Shown: positions 8,630 to 17,249 of the stretch, one piece after another | Numbering within the stretch: the first letter of the stretch is position 1 | How the letters are laid out: the number at the start of each line of letters is the position of its first letter | Assembly: GCA_903928915.1 (NCBI GenBank) | Contig: CAIYSL010000068.1 | Coordinates: 159,274-223,273 of the forward strand | Source: an uncultured Syntrophobacterales bacterium | GTDB lineage: Bacteria; Desulfobacterota; Syntrophia; Syntrophales; UBA5619 | DNA length: 64,000 bases | Direction: 5' to 3' | Position numbers and translations under genes: made by a program | Notes under the pieces: generated by a model | The model's input: only the letters and a program-made list of their open reading frames with translations | What the model was told of the DNA's origin: nothing | Database searches by the model: none

Positions 8630-10438
8630 ATGTCGATGCGTGTCACCGAGGGCATGAAGTTCAAGAGCAGCCTGTATAATCTGAACACCCTGCAGTCCGC
8701 CAGCAAGACGATCATGGATCAGATGAGCAGCCAGAAGAAGGTCAATCGGCCCTCCGACGATCCGACGGGTGTGGGCAAGATCCTCGACATCCGGCACGTT
8801 CAACAGATGAACGAACAGTACCGGCGGAATATCGACGGCGCCGATTCCTGGCTGATGATGACGGAAGCCAAGCTTACGGACCTGAACGATCTGCTGGTGA
8901 ACGCCCGGGAACTCGCCATCGCGCAGGCGACCGCGACCGCGACGGCGGAAACCCGGCGCGTTGCGGCCGCCAGTGTGGATCAACTGGCCGAACAGATGTT
9001 CAGCCTCGCCAATTCTCGGTACCGGGACCGCTATATCTTCGCCGGTTCGCGGAGCGATCAGCCGCCCTTTTCCCGGGACGGTTTTCTGGGGGGGGGTGTC
9101 GATCTGGCGATGACCATGGCCTCCGGTGCGAACAACGGGTTCGGCGGAACCGCCTCGACGGTGATTCGTTCGTTGCGGGTGACAAACGTGAAGGTCGGCG
9201 ACACGATCACCCTGGAGGGGACTGTGTACACGGCCATCGAAAGCGGCGCCGCCCCCGCGGTGGGGCAGTTCAACGTCGGCGCCACGGATGCGCAGACGGC
9301 GGACGGCCTGCGGACGGCCGTAGCGGCGGCGCAGCCCGGCGTCTACACCCTCGGCGGCGCCGGAACCGACACCATCGCGATCACCAAGAACCATCAGGTA
9401 TCCGCCCAGGGGTGGGCGGATACCGCGCTTACCCCCGTCGGGGATGCGGGCGGGGATTTGGTGATCCAGGTGGGGAGCCAGGGGACGATCACGATCGCGG
9501 ATGGGGCCATCGGAGCCGCAACAACCCTTGAACAGTTGCGCGACCTGATCAATGCCAGCCCCGACAACGCAGGACCGCGGGCCGTTACCGCGGCGATCGT
9601 CGATGACGGCAGCGGGGTCAATCCGTACCATTTGACGATTACGGCGGACAACGGGGGGCCCGAGTACCGGGTTTCCCTACCGGGCAATCCGACGAACCTC
9701 CTGTTCAGTTCGCTCAATACCGCCGAAGTGACCTCCCTCAGCACGAATAATCGCGCCCATTTTTCTTCCTTTGCCGGGGCGGCGAACCGAACCTCCGTGC
9801 TGAAGATCCTGAGCGGGGGGACGCTGGCGGATGCGACCTATGCGGTCTCCCAAGACGGGGGCAGGACCTGGTCTGCGGAGATGACCGATTTGGATGCAGG
9901 GGTTGTGGAGATCGGCGACGGGGTGACGATGACGTTCAGCGCCGGGGTGTTTTCGGCGAACGACATCTTCACGGTGCGGGCGTCGACGCCGGGGTATTAC
10001 GACGGCGACGGCCAGGAGCTGGCCACCGATATCGGGGAGGGTTCGCCGTTTGCATACAGTATCTCCGGGGAGGCGGTATTCACCGACCGCGGGGAGGTGG
10101 AAACGGATGTGTTCGAGGTGATGACCGACCTGAAGAAGGCCCTGGAGACGAACGATGTGGAGAGCATCCGGGAGCAGATCGATAAGCTGAAGGATGCCAA
10201 CGACCAAGTGCAGCTCGGCATCACCACCTCCGGCGTCCGGATGGACCGGATGGAGGTCGCCCGGAACTTCCAGTCCGAGTACGATCAACGGGCGGCCGAC
10301 ATGCTGTCGAAGATCGAGGACGCGGACATGACGAAGCTGGTGACGGATATGGCGACGACGCAGCTGGCGCTGCAGTCGTCGTACCTGGTGACGTCGAAGC
10401 TGACTCAGGAGACGTCGATACTCAATTTTCTCAAATAG
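8630..10438 (+). CDS. flgL: Flagellar hook-associated protein 3 FlgL (large central insertion)
   Basis: MSSQKKVNRPSDDP, LANSRYRDRYIFAG, LSKIEDADM...ALQSSY...SILNFLK. Confidence 0.93.
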   Translation: MSMRVTEGMKFKSSLYNLNTLQSASKTIMDQMSSQKKVNRPSDDPTGVGKILDIRHVQQMNEQYRRNIDGADSWLMMTEAKLTDLNDLLVNARELAIAQATATATAETRRVAAASVDQLAEQMFSLANSRYRDRYIFAGSRSDQPPFSRDGFLGGGVDLAMTMASGANNGFGGTASTVIRSLRVTNVKVGDTITLEGTVYTAIESGAAPAVGQFNVGATDAQTADGLRTAVAAAQPGVYTLGGAGTDTIAITKNHQVSAQGWADTALTPVGDAGGDLVIQVGSQGTITIADGAIGAATTLEQLRDLINASPDNAGPRAVTAAIVDDGSGVNPYHLTITADNGGPEYRVSLPGNPTNLLFSSLNTAEVTSLSTNNRAHFSSFAGAANRTSVLKILSGGTLADATYAVSQDGGRTWSAEMTDLDAGVVEIGDGVTMTFSAGVFSANDIFTVRASTPGYYDGDGQELATDIGEGSPFAYSISGEAVFTDRGEVETDVFEVMTDLKKALETNDVESIREQIDKLKDANDQVQLGITTSGVRMDRMEVARNFQSEYDQRAADMLSKIEDADMTKLVTDMATTQLALQSSYLVTSKLTQETSILNFLK

Positions 10439-10450
10439 AGGAGAGCAACG

Positions 10451-10699
10451 ATGCTGATCCTGACACGGAAGTTGGGAGAATCGATTCAGATCGGCGATGA
10501 CATCCGGGTTACCTTGCTGGATATCAAGGGCAAGCAGATTCGAATCGGGATCGAGGCGCCGCGGGAAGTGATGGTTCATCGGGAAGAGGTCTACCGGATG
10601 ATCCAGGAGCAGAATCTGCAGGCTGCGCACTTTGCGCTGGCCGTTGCGGAGACGGAGAATCTGGCGGGCGTCTGGGACAGATTGAGCGGGAATCAGTGA
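10451..10699 (+). CDS. csrA: Carbon storage regulator CsrA
   Basis: [18 protein letters not shown]...[18 protein letters not shown] with the C-terminal extension typical of FliW-partnered CsrA. Confidence 0.97.
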   Translation: MLILTRKLGESIQIGDDIRVTLLDIKGKQIRIGIEAPREVMVHREEVYRMIQEQNLQAAHFALAVAETENLAGVWDRLSGNQ

Positions 10700-10709
10700 G
10701 GCGAACGGT

Positions 10710-11180
10710 ATGAAGTTCCAAACGAAGCGCTTCGGCGCTATCGACGTGGATGAAACCCGGGTGATCAGGATGAAAGGGGGTATCTTAGGGTTCGAGCATC
10801 TGCTGACCTATACCCTCCTGATCCAGGACCCGCACAATCCGTTGTGGTGGCTGCAGTCTCTGGAGGACGACGGCCTCGCCTTCGTCGTGACGGATCCGCT
10901 GGTCATCCGGGCAGACTATCGTCCGGAGATCCCCAGGGCGGCCCTGGCCTTTCTGGATATCATGCAGGAGGGAGCGCTGTCCCTGCTGGCCATCGTGACG
11001 ATCCGCTCCCAACCCTTTCGGGTGACGGCAAACCTGAGGGCGCCGCTGGTCATCAATGCGGAAACCCGTGTCGGGGGGCAGGTCGTTCTCGATGACGAAA
11101 CGTACCAGGTCCGTCAGGAGATCATCCCGCCCACCGCAGCGGAACGGGGGCTGGCCGCGGTATGCGTTGCCGGCCCGTAG
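10710..11180 (+). CDS. fliW: Flagellar assembly factor FliW
   Basis: TKRFG, GILGFE, WLQSL...LAFVVTDP, TANLRAPLVIN...GGQVVL; adjacent to csrA. Confidence 0.95.
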   Translation: MKFQTKRFGAIDVDETRVIRMKGGILGFEHLLTYTLLIQDPHNPLWWLQSLEDDGLAFVVTDPLVIRADYRPEIPRAALAFLDIMQEGALSLLAIVTIRSQPFRVTANLRAPLVINAETRVGGQVVLDDETYQVRQEIIPPTAAERGLAAVCVAGP

Positions 11181-11214
11181 CCGGCTCTCCGCCCCGTTTT
11201 TCTTCCCTGCCGGG

Positions 11215-11252
11215 GCAGCGGTTTTCCCCTGCGGGGAACTGCCGCTGCTTTT
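11215..11252 (+). terminator. Putative intrinsic terminator after fliW
   Basis: GCAGCGG...TTCCCC-TGC-GGGGAA...CCGCTGC stem followed by TTTT. Confidence 0.5.
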
Positions 11253-11419
11253 CGCGCTGCAACGCCTGCGCGTAGTCTTTCAGTTGGATCGGGATGACCG
11301 CGGACCGTTAGCGGTCCGCAGAGGCGGGAGATGCGTGGAGATCCATCCGCGGGCGGCGAACCGTTCAAAGAACGGCGCCGGCCGCTTCGTATCTGCGGGC
11401 GTACTCAACGACCGATTTC

Positions 11420-11872
11420 TCAGACGTAATCGCCCCGGTTGAATTTTATGACCTCCACCGTCGAGGCGACAAGGGTGCGGTTGAGGATATCTTTCAGTTT
11501 ATCCCCCTCGGGCAATGATTCCAGCGTCGGGATGAGTTCCGTCGCTTTCGCCTCCATCTGCCGGAGCAGCGGATAGGCCTCCTTGAGCGAAGCCCGCGGA
11601 TCGGCCATTTTCCGCTCGTACGCCTCCATGAGGTGCAGAAACTTGTCGATGCTCTCCACCGTCTGCGCGCGGTCCACCCCGGACGGAACGGTCAGGTTCA
11701 GGCCGGAGAGGCCCTGCAGAGGCGCCAGTGCGTTGGCTGACACCGCTTGTCCGCCCTGCGGGGTCATCGCCTTTTCCAGCAATTCGTCAAATCCGCCGAC
11801 AGCGGACTTGCCCTGTTGGTGCTTTCTTGGCGGTTGGACGATGCCTGCTGTGTCCTGGGTGTAGATCTTCAT
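11420..11872 (-). CDS. Hypothetical protein, probably flagellum-associated (150 aa)
   Basis: Clean ORF with AAAGGA RBS and a sigma54 site upstream; no family recognised. Confidence 0.75.
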   Translation of the reverse strand: MKIYTQDTAGIVQPPRKHQQGKSAVGGFDELLEKAMTPQGGQAVSANALAPLQGLSGLNLTVPSGVDRAQTVESIDKFLHLMEAYERKMADPRASLKEAYPLLRQMEAKATELIPTLESLPEGDKLKDILNRTLVASTVEVIKFNRGDYV

Positions 11873-11957
11873 GGCCGGTTCCTTTCTTCCCCCTGTTCTG
11901 GTGGTGTTGACACCGAGGACCGATGCTTCATCGTGCGGCCCCTATGCACTGCCTGAA

Positions 11958-11973
11958 AGCAATCACTATGCCA
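11958..11973 (-). promoter_or_regulatory. sigma54 promoter of the 11420-11872 gene
   Basis: Minus strand TGGCAT-AGTGA-TTGCT (GG-N10-GC); AT-rich tract 12045-12088 upstream. Confidence 0.75.
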
Positions 11974-12310
11974 TGTCCGATTTTCCGTCCCCTATCCTGA
12001 GCGGCGATACACGCTCCCGCAAGGAAGGGCGTTGCCGGACAGGCTTTATTTATATAACATACAGATAATATTATTAAAATATGAAAAGAGTTCTTCGGCG
12101 GCTGAAAGCCGGTCCGCTGACGGCAGGGATTATGCGGCCCTGACCCCGTTGGTGGCCGGAATAATTTTCCGTTTTCGCGGAAAAAACCTCCCGCCGTTCA
12201 GGGGGGAGCCGTCCTGCGGGGCTATGCCCCCCCGCAGGATCGGTGAGAAAAATAGAATAAAAAAACGGTCGTCCGCTGAAATCGGCACGAGAAATGCGAA
12301 GAATACGTGC

Positions 12311-13528
12311 ATGATGGCTATCCACTTGTCGATAATCGCACTGACCGTTATCGTGATTGCCATAATCTGGTATGCGCTCTCCCGGGATCAGGGTCTCGAC
12401 AGGAATCAGAAGACCGGCTCTGCCGCCGTCAAGGAGCTCAGGGCGAGCGGCCCGTCGTGCCGGGAACAGCGTCCTCCGGAAGGCGTCGCCAACCCCGGCG
12501 ACAGCCCACCCCTCCGTGCCGCTCCTGTCCCGGACGGCGGCGAGGAAAATCCCCATGATTCCCAGGCCTATCTCAGGGATGGGATAGCCCTGATTTTTGC
12601 GGACCCGCCCCTTCCGGCTGAACAGGGGGGAGCGCTGCTCAAGATTGAGGGAGTTCGCGACGATGTCCGTCAGCACGTGCTGTCCCACATCGCCTCGTTG
12701 AAGAATGTCGATTACGTGCACCGGCTGCAGCGGATGATGGGTGATCCCAAGACGAGCATGAAGGATCTTTCCGTAATGATCACCAGTAACCCCCTCCTGT
12801 CCGCCAAGATTCTCCAGGTTGCCAACTCCGCCTATTACGGCATGGAGCAAAAGCTCAATTCCATCAGTCACGCCATCATGATCATCGGGATGGTGAATAT
12901 CAAGGCGATCATCTACCACGAAGGGGTCCTCCAGGTACTGAACGAACAAAATTTCCGCAACAATCCGACGATGCAGACCGTCTGGCAGCACGCCAATTAT
13001 GCGTCTATCTGCTCATCGTACCTGCAGTATCTGTTCGGCGACCTCAACATGGGTACCCTGTTTACCCTGGGGCTGCTCCACGACATCGGCAAATTCATCC
13101 TGATGAAGCTGCCGCCCCTTTCCGCAGGCGACGGCGAACCGCCGCCCGTCTACTCCTCCGACTGGACACTCGCGGAGGAGGAGCGGATTTACGGTATCAA
13201 TCATGCCCTCGTGGGCCAGCTGGCGGTGCGACACTGGGGACTTTCCCCGCTGATTGTGCAGACGATCGCCCTGCATCATGCCCCCCCATCGCTCAGTGCC
13301 GATGCCGTGGGCGTGGACCGGGAAGTGCAGTCCTACCTGCTGGTGCTGTTTCTTGCCGATCAGGCAGCCCGCCTTTTTGCCGGCGGCGGTGCCGCAGTCC
13401 GGGTGGACCGGCTGCATCCCTCCTACCACGCCTTGATAGACCGGCATACCCTGTCTCAGCTGATCGCGGATAAATCCCTGATCGGGCAGCTCCGCGAGGC
13501 CGAGGCGATTACCAGCGTTTACGCATAG
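12311..13528 (+). CDS. Membrane-anchored HDOD domain protein
   Basis: N-terminal hydrophobic helix; NPLLSAKILQVANSAYYG, SISHAIMIIG, GLLHDIGK, EERIYGINHALVG, HWGLS motifs of HDOD. Confidence 0.9.
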   Translation: MMAIHLSIIALTVIVIAIIWYALSRDQGLDRNQKTGSAAVKELRASGPSCREQRPPEGVANPGDSPPLRAAPVPDGGEENPHDSQAYLRDGIALIFADPPLPAEQGGALLKIEGVRDDVRQHVLSHIASLKNVDYVHRLQRMMGDPKTSMKDLSVMITSNPLLSAKILQVANSAYYGMEQKLNSISHAIMIIGMVNIKAIIYHEGVLQVLNEQNFRNNPTMQTVWQHANYASICSSYLQYLFGDLNMGTLFTLGLLHDIGKFILMKLPPLSAGDGEPPPVYSSDWTLAEEERIYGINHALVGQLAVRHWGLSPLIVQTIALHHAPPSLSADAVGVDREVQSYLLVLFLADQAARLFAGGGAAVRVDRLHPSYHALIDRHTLSQLIADKSLIGQLREAEAITSVYA

Positions 13529-13644
13529 GATTGATCCGTTCCGCCGCTGTCTCGCCCCGATCTTCCCTTTCCTCCGGCGCATATCTGGTGCACCCTCCTG
13601 CCGGAGCATGATCGGTACCGCGTGCCGTCCCTGAAGCGCAGGGG

Positions 13645-13660
13645 TGGTATGCATATTGCT
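13645..13660 (+). promoter_or_regulatory. sigma54 promoter of the glycosylation island
   Basis: TGGTAT-GCATA-TTGCT (GG-N10-GC) ~90 nt upstream of the merR-pseB start. Confidence 0.7.
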
Positions 13661-13752
13661 TATTCAAAGTTAATCTGAAAGTTCACTTTTCCCTTCAGCA
13701 GAGGGTATTCGCTCGTTGCCGGGTGTCCGCGACACAGAGAGTCGGAAACGAT

Positions 13753-15123
13753 ATGGGTGAGAGAATGGAACTACGAATCAACGAGATCAGCCAGAAATTG
13801 CAGGTGCCCAAGTCGACCATCAGATTCTGGGAGGCGCAGTTTGCGGAGCTGATACGGCCGCACATGACCAAGGGGGGACAGAGACGGTATTCCGTTAAGG
13901 ATGTGGAGTACCTGCGGATGATTAAGGATCACGTGCACCAGCACAATCGGAGCATTCAGGAGACGAAGCGTATCCTCCGGCAGGGAAAGACGGGCGACGG
14001 GGCCATCGACTGGAGCCAGCAGACCATCCTGCTGACCGGGGGAACGGGCTCATTTGGCAAGCATTTCTGTGAGGTGATGATCCGGAAATACCACCCGAAG
14101 GCGGTGCGGGTGTACAGCCGTGATGAATTGAAACAGCACGAGATGCGTCAAAAGTATGGCGAAGAATCCCTGCGGTATTTCATCGGCGATATCCGCGATG
14201 CCGACCGTCTGCGCAGGTCGATGGAGGGGGCAGATATCGTGGTACATGCCGCTGCCCTCAAGCAGGTTCCCGCCTGCGAATACAACCCCCTCGAGGCGGT
14301 GAAGACCAACATCCACGGCGCCCAGAACGTGATCGATGCGGCGATCGACACGGGTGTCAAGAAGGTAATCGCCCTCAGCACGGACAAAGCGGTCAATCCC
14401 GTCAATCTCTATGGCGCTACCAAACTGTGCGCAGAAAAGATCTTCATTCAGGGAAATTCCTACCGCGGGGGGCGGGGGACCCGTTTCAGCTGCGTACGGT
14501 ACGGGAACGTCATCGGCAGTCGGGGAAGCGTCATTCCGCTGTTCAAGGACCAGAAGAAGACCGGCAGGGTCACCATTACCGACATGCATATGACCCGGTT
14601 CTGGCTGACCCTCGATCAGGCCGTCGACCTGGTCGTCAATGCCCTCGAGCACATGCAGGGGGGGGAGATATTCGTCCCCAAGATTCCCAGCATGAAGATT
14701 GTCGATCTGGCCAAGGCGATCGCCCCGGAATGCGAGATCGAAGTCATCGGCATCCGGCCGGGGGAGAAACTCCACGAGGTGCTGTTTACCGAGGAGGACG
14801 GAAGAAACGCCCTGCTGTACAACGGGATGTTCGTGATCATGCCGAGCTACAGCTGGTGGGAGCGGGAGAACTACAAGACCGGCCGCCGCCTGTCCGGGAA
14901 TTACACCTACGCCAGCAACACCAACGATGAATGGTTGAGCGTCGAAGACCTGAGACGGATCATCGCGGACGGTTCGCCCGGGGCGAGCGATCCGGCGTCT
15001 CTGCTGGCTGCCACCATTCACCGGCTGAACGAACGGGTGATCATCAGCATGCTCGACTCGGAGGAGGTCATCCCGGAGCCCGGGGAGCGGTCCCTCGGCA
15101 GGGCCGGGGGTGCCGACCGGTGA
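13753..15123 (+). CDS. pseB: MerR-type HTH domain fused to UDP-GlcNAc 4,6-dehydratase (inverting) PseB
   Basis: N-terminus LRINEISQKLQVPKSTIRFWEAQF...GGQRRYSVKDV (MerR HTH), then TGGTGSFG, HAAALKQVP, STDKA, YGATK, RYGNV, MTRFW, GIRPGEKLHE. Alternative starts 13723 (GTG) and 13765. Confidence 0.92.
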   Translation: MGERMELRINEISQKLQVPKSTIRFWEAQFAELIRPHMTKGGQRRYSVKDVEYLRMIKDHVHQHNRSIQETKRILRQGKTGDGAIDWSQQTILLTGGTGSFGKHFCEVMIRKYHPKAVRVYSRDELKQHEMRQKYGEESLRYFIGDIRDADRLRRSMEGADIVVHAAALKQVPACEYNPLEAVKTNIHGAQNVIDAAIDTGVKKVIALSTDKAVNPVNLYGATKLCAEKIFIQGNSYRGGRGTRFSCVRYGNVIGSRGSVIPLFKDQKKTGRVTITDMHMTRFWLTLDQAVDLVVNALEHMQGGEIFVPKIPSMKIVDLAKAIAPECEIEVIGIRPGEKLHEVLFTEEDGRNALLYNGMFVIMPSYSWWERENYKTGRRLSGNYTYASNTNDEWLSVEDLRRIIADGSPGASDPASLLAATIHRLNERVIISMLDSEEVIPEPGERSLGRAGGADR

Positions 15124-15153
15124 CGATCCTCGCGGGATGAAGGGCAGAGCTCG

Positions 15154-16347
15154 ATGAACGACGCTGTTGAACAGGAGACCGTGACCGCACGGCATTCCGC
15201 CGCCGACCGCGCCTGCATACCCTACGGCAGGCAGACGATCGAGGAGGATGATATCCGCGCCGTGGACGAGGTACTGCGCTCGGACTGGCTGACGACGGGG
15301 CCCCGGATAGCGGAATTTGAAGCGGCCGTTTCCCGGTTCGTGGGGGCGACCTGCGGGGTCGCGGTCAACAGCGGCACGGCCGGCCTGCACAGCGCCATGA
15401 ACGCCCTCGGCATCGGGCCGGGCGACGAAGTGATCGTGCCGCCGCTCACCTTCGCGGCGACCGCCAATTCCGTTGTCTACACGGGAGCCCGGCCGGTATT
15501 CGCGGATGTGGAGCCCGACACCCTGCTGATCGACCCTGCCCGGGCGGAAGCGAAGATCACCCCGAGAACCCGGGCCATCATCGGCGTGGACTATGCCGGA
15601 CACCCCTGCGATTGGGATGCCCTGCGGGATATTGCAGCCCGTCGCCGCCTCGCCCTGGTCGCCGACGCCTGTCATGCGCTGGGGGCAAAATACCGGGGAA
15701 GACCGGTCGGCGCCCTTGCCGACCTCACGGTGTTCAGCTTTCATCCGGTCAAGCACATCACTACCGGGGAGGGGGGCATGGTCGTCACCGAAGACCCGGC
15801 CCTGGCGGCGAGCATGCGTACATTCCGCAACCATGGGATGACCGCCGATCATCGGCAGCGGAACGACCAGGGGTCCTGGTATTACGAGATCCGTTCCCTC
15901 GGATACAACTATCGCATCACCGACTTCCAGTGCGCCCTGGGCATCAGCCAGTTGCGCAGACTGCCGGCGTGGCTCGCGCGCCGCCGGGAGCTTGCCGCAA
16001 GCTACGCCGCGGCCCTGGCCGATGTCCCCTGGCTGCGGCCCCTGTCCCTGCGGCCGGAGGTGGTGCACGCCTACCATCTGTATGTCGTCGAACTCACCCC
16101 CGCCGCCCGCCCCCTGAGCCGCGCGCAGCTGTTTGGCCTGCTGCGGGACGCCGGGATCGGCGTCAATGTCCATTACATCCCAGTGCACCTCCACCCCTTC
16201 TATCGGGAGCGGTTCGGCACCGGCCCTGGTCTCTGTCCGGTGGCGGAGGCGGCCTACGAGCGGATCCTCAGCCTCCCGCTGTACGCCGGTATGAAGGACT
16301 CCGAGCAGGGGGCGGTGATCGCGGCCCTGAAGGGGGCGCGGCGATGA
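15154..16347 (+). CDS. pseC: UDP-4-keto-6-deoxy-sugar aminotransferase PseC (DegT/DnrJ family)
   Basis: IPYGRQTIEEDDI...LRSDWLTTGP, SFHPVKHITTGEGG, LGYNYRITDFQCALG, VNVHYIPVH. Confidence 0.92.
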   Translation: MNDAVEQETVTARHSAADRACIPYGRQTIEEDDIRAVDEVLRSDWLTTGPRIAEFEAAVSRFVGATCGVAVNSGTAGLHSAMNALGIGPGDEVIVPPLTFAATANSVVYTGARPVFADVEPDTLLIDPARAEAKITPRTRAIIGVDYAGHPCDWDALRDIAARRRLALVADACHALGAKYRGRPVGALADLTVFSFHPVKHITTGEGGMVVTEDPALAASMRTFRNHGMTADHRQRNDQGSWYYEIRSLGYNYRITDFQCALGISQLRRLPAWLARRRELAASYAAALADVPWLRPLSLRPEVVHAYHLYVVELTPAARPLSRAQLFGLLRDAGIGVNVHYIPVHLHPFYRERFGTGPGLCPVAEAAYERILSLPLYAGMKDSEQGAVIAALKGARR

Positions 16348-17225
16348 ATATGGGGTTGGGGACGGCGCAGTTCGGGCTCGCGTACGGCATATCCAACCGG
16401 GACGGACAGACGCCGGAGACAGAAGCGCGGGGCATCCTTTCCGGCGCTGCGACCCGGGGATTCACGCTGATCGATACGGCGGCACAGTACGGGACGAGCG
16501 AGGCGGTCATCGGACGGTGCCTTCCCGCCGGGCATCGGTTCCGCATCGTCACGAAGACCCCCACCTACGAAAAGGCGGCGCTGGACGACGGGGACGCCCT
16601 CCGTCTGGATGCCCAGTTCCGCGCCTCGCTCCGGTACCTGGGGCAGCGCACCCTGTACGGGCTGATGATCCACCATGCCGAGGATCTGCTGGCCGAGAAC
16701 GGCGTTGTGCTCTGGCGGGCAATGCAGAATCTCAAGGCCGCGGGGGGCGTGGAGAAGATCGGCGTGTCGCTGTATACGCCCGAGCAGCTCGATGCGGTCG
16801 TCGCCTCGTTCCCCGTCGATCTGGTTCAGGTGCCGGTCAACGTCCTGGATCAGCGCCTGGTCCGCAGCGGCCGTCTGAAGCGGCTCAAGCAGGCGGGGGT
16901 GGAGGTGCACGCACGGTCGATCTTTCTGCAGGGGCTGCTGCTGATGGATCCGGGCGCCCTTGCCGGGCCCCTTGCCCGCGCGCGGGAGGTACTGACGCGG
17001 TATCGCGGGCTGGCGCGGGACCGGGGCCTGACGCCGCTCGAAGCGGCCCTGGCCTACGTGAACGGCGTCGGGGAAATCGACGCGGTAATCGTCGGCGTGA
17101 ACAATGCCCGGCAGCTGGATGAGCTGTGCGCGGCCGGTCGTCGAGACCGGGGCGCGACACCGCTCGATTTTGCGGAGTTTGCCGTGGACGACGAGCGGAT
17201 CATCGATCCGCGCCGGTGGCAGTGA
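16344..17225 (+). CDS. Aldo/keto reductase of nonulosonate gene clusters
   Basis: GLGTAQFGLAYG, DTAAQYG, KIGVSLY, ARSIFLQGLLL; ATGA overlap with pseC. Confidence 0.9.
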   Translation: MNMGLGTAQFGLAYGISNRDGQTPETEARGILSGAATRGFTLIDTAAQYGTSEAVIGRCLPAGHRFRIVTKTPTYEKAALDDGDALRLDAQFRASLRYLGQRTLYGLMIHHAEDLLAENGVVLWRAMQNLKAAGGVEKIGVSLYTPEQLDAVVASFPVDLVQVPVNVLDQRLVRSGRLKRLKQAGVEVHARSIFLQGLLLMDPGALAGPLARAREVLTRYRGLARDRGLTPLEAALAYVNGVGEIDAVIVGVNNARQLDELCAAGRRDRGATPLDFAEFAVDDERIIDPRRWQ

Positions 17226-17249
17226 CCTTCAGGCGAACAGGAGGATGGT

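Noticed and set aside
11295-11380. Hairpins between fliW and the convergent gene as a c-di-GMP riboswitch or sRNA
   Set aside because: They lack the GEMM consensus (GAAA loop, GACGCAAA) and lie between convergent 3' ends; more simply terminators.
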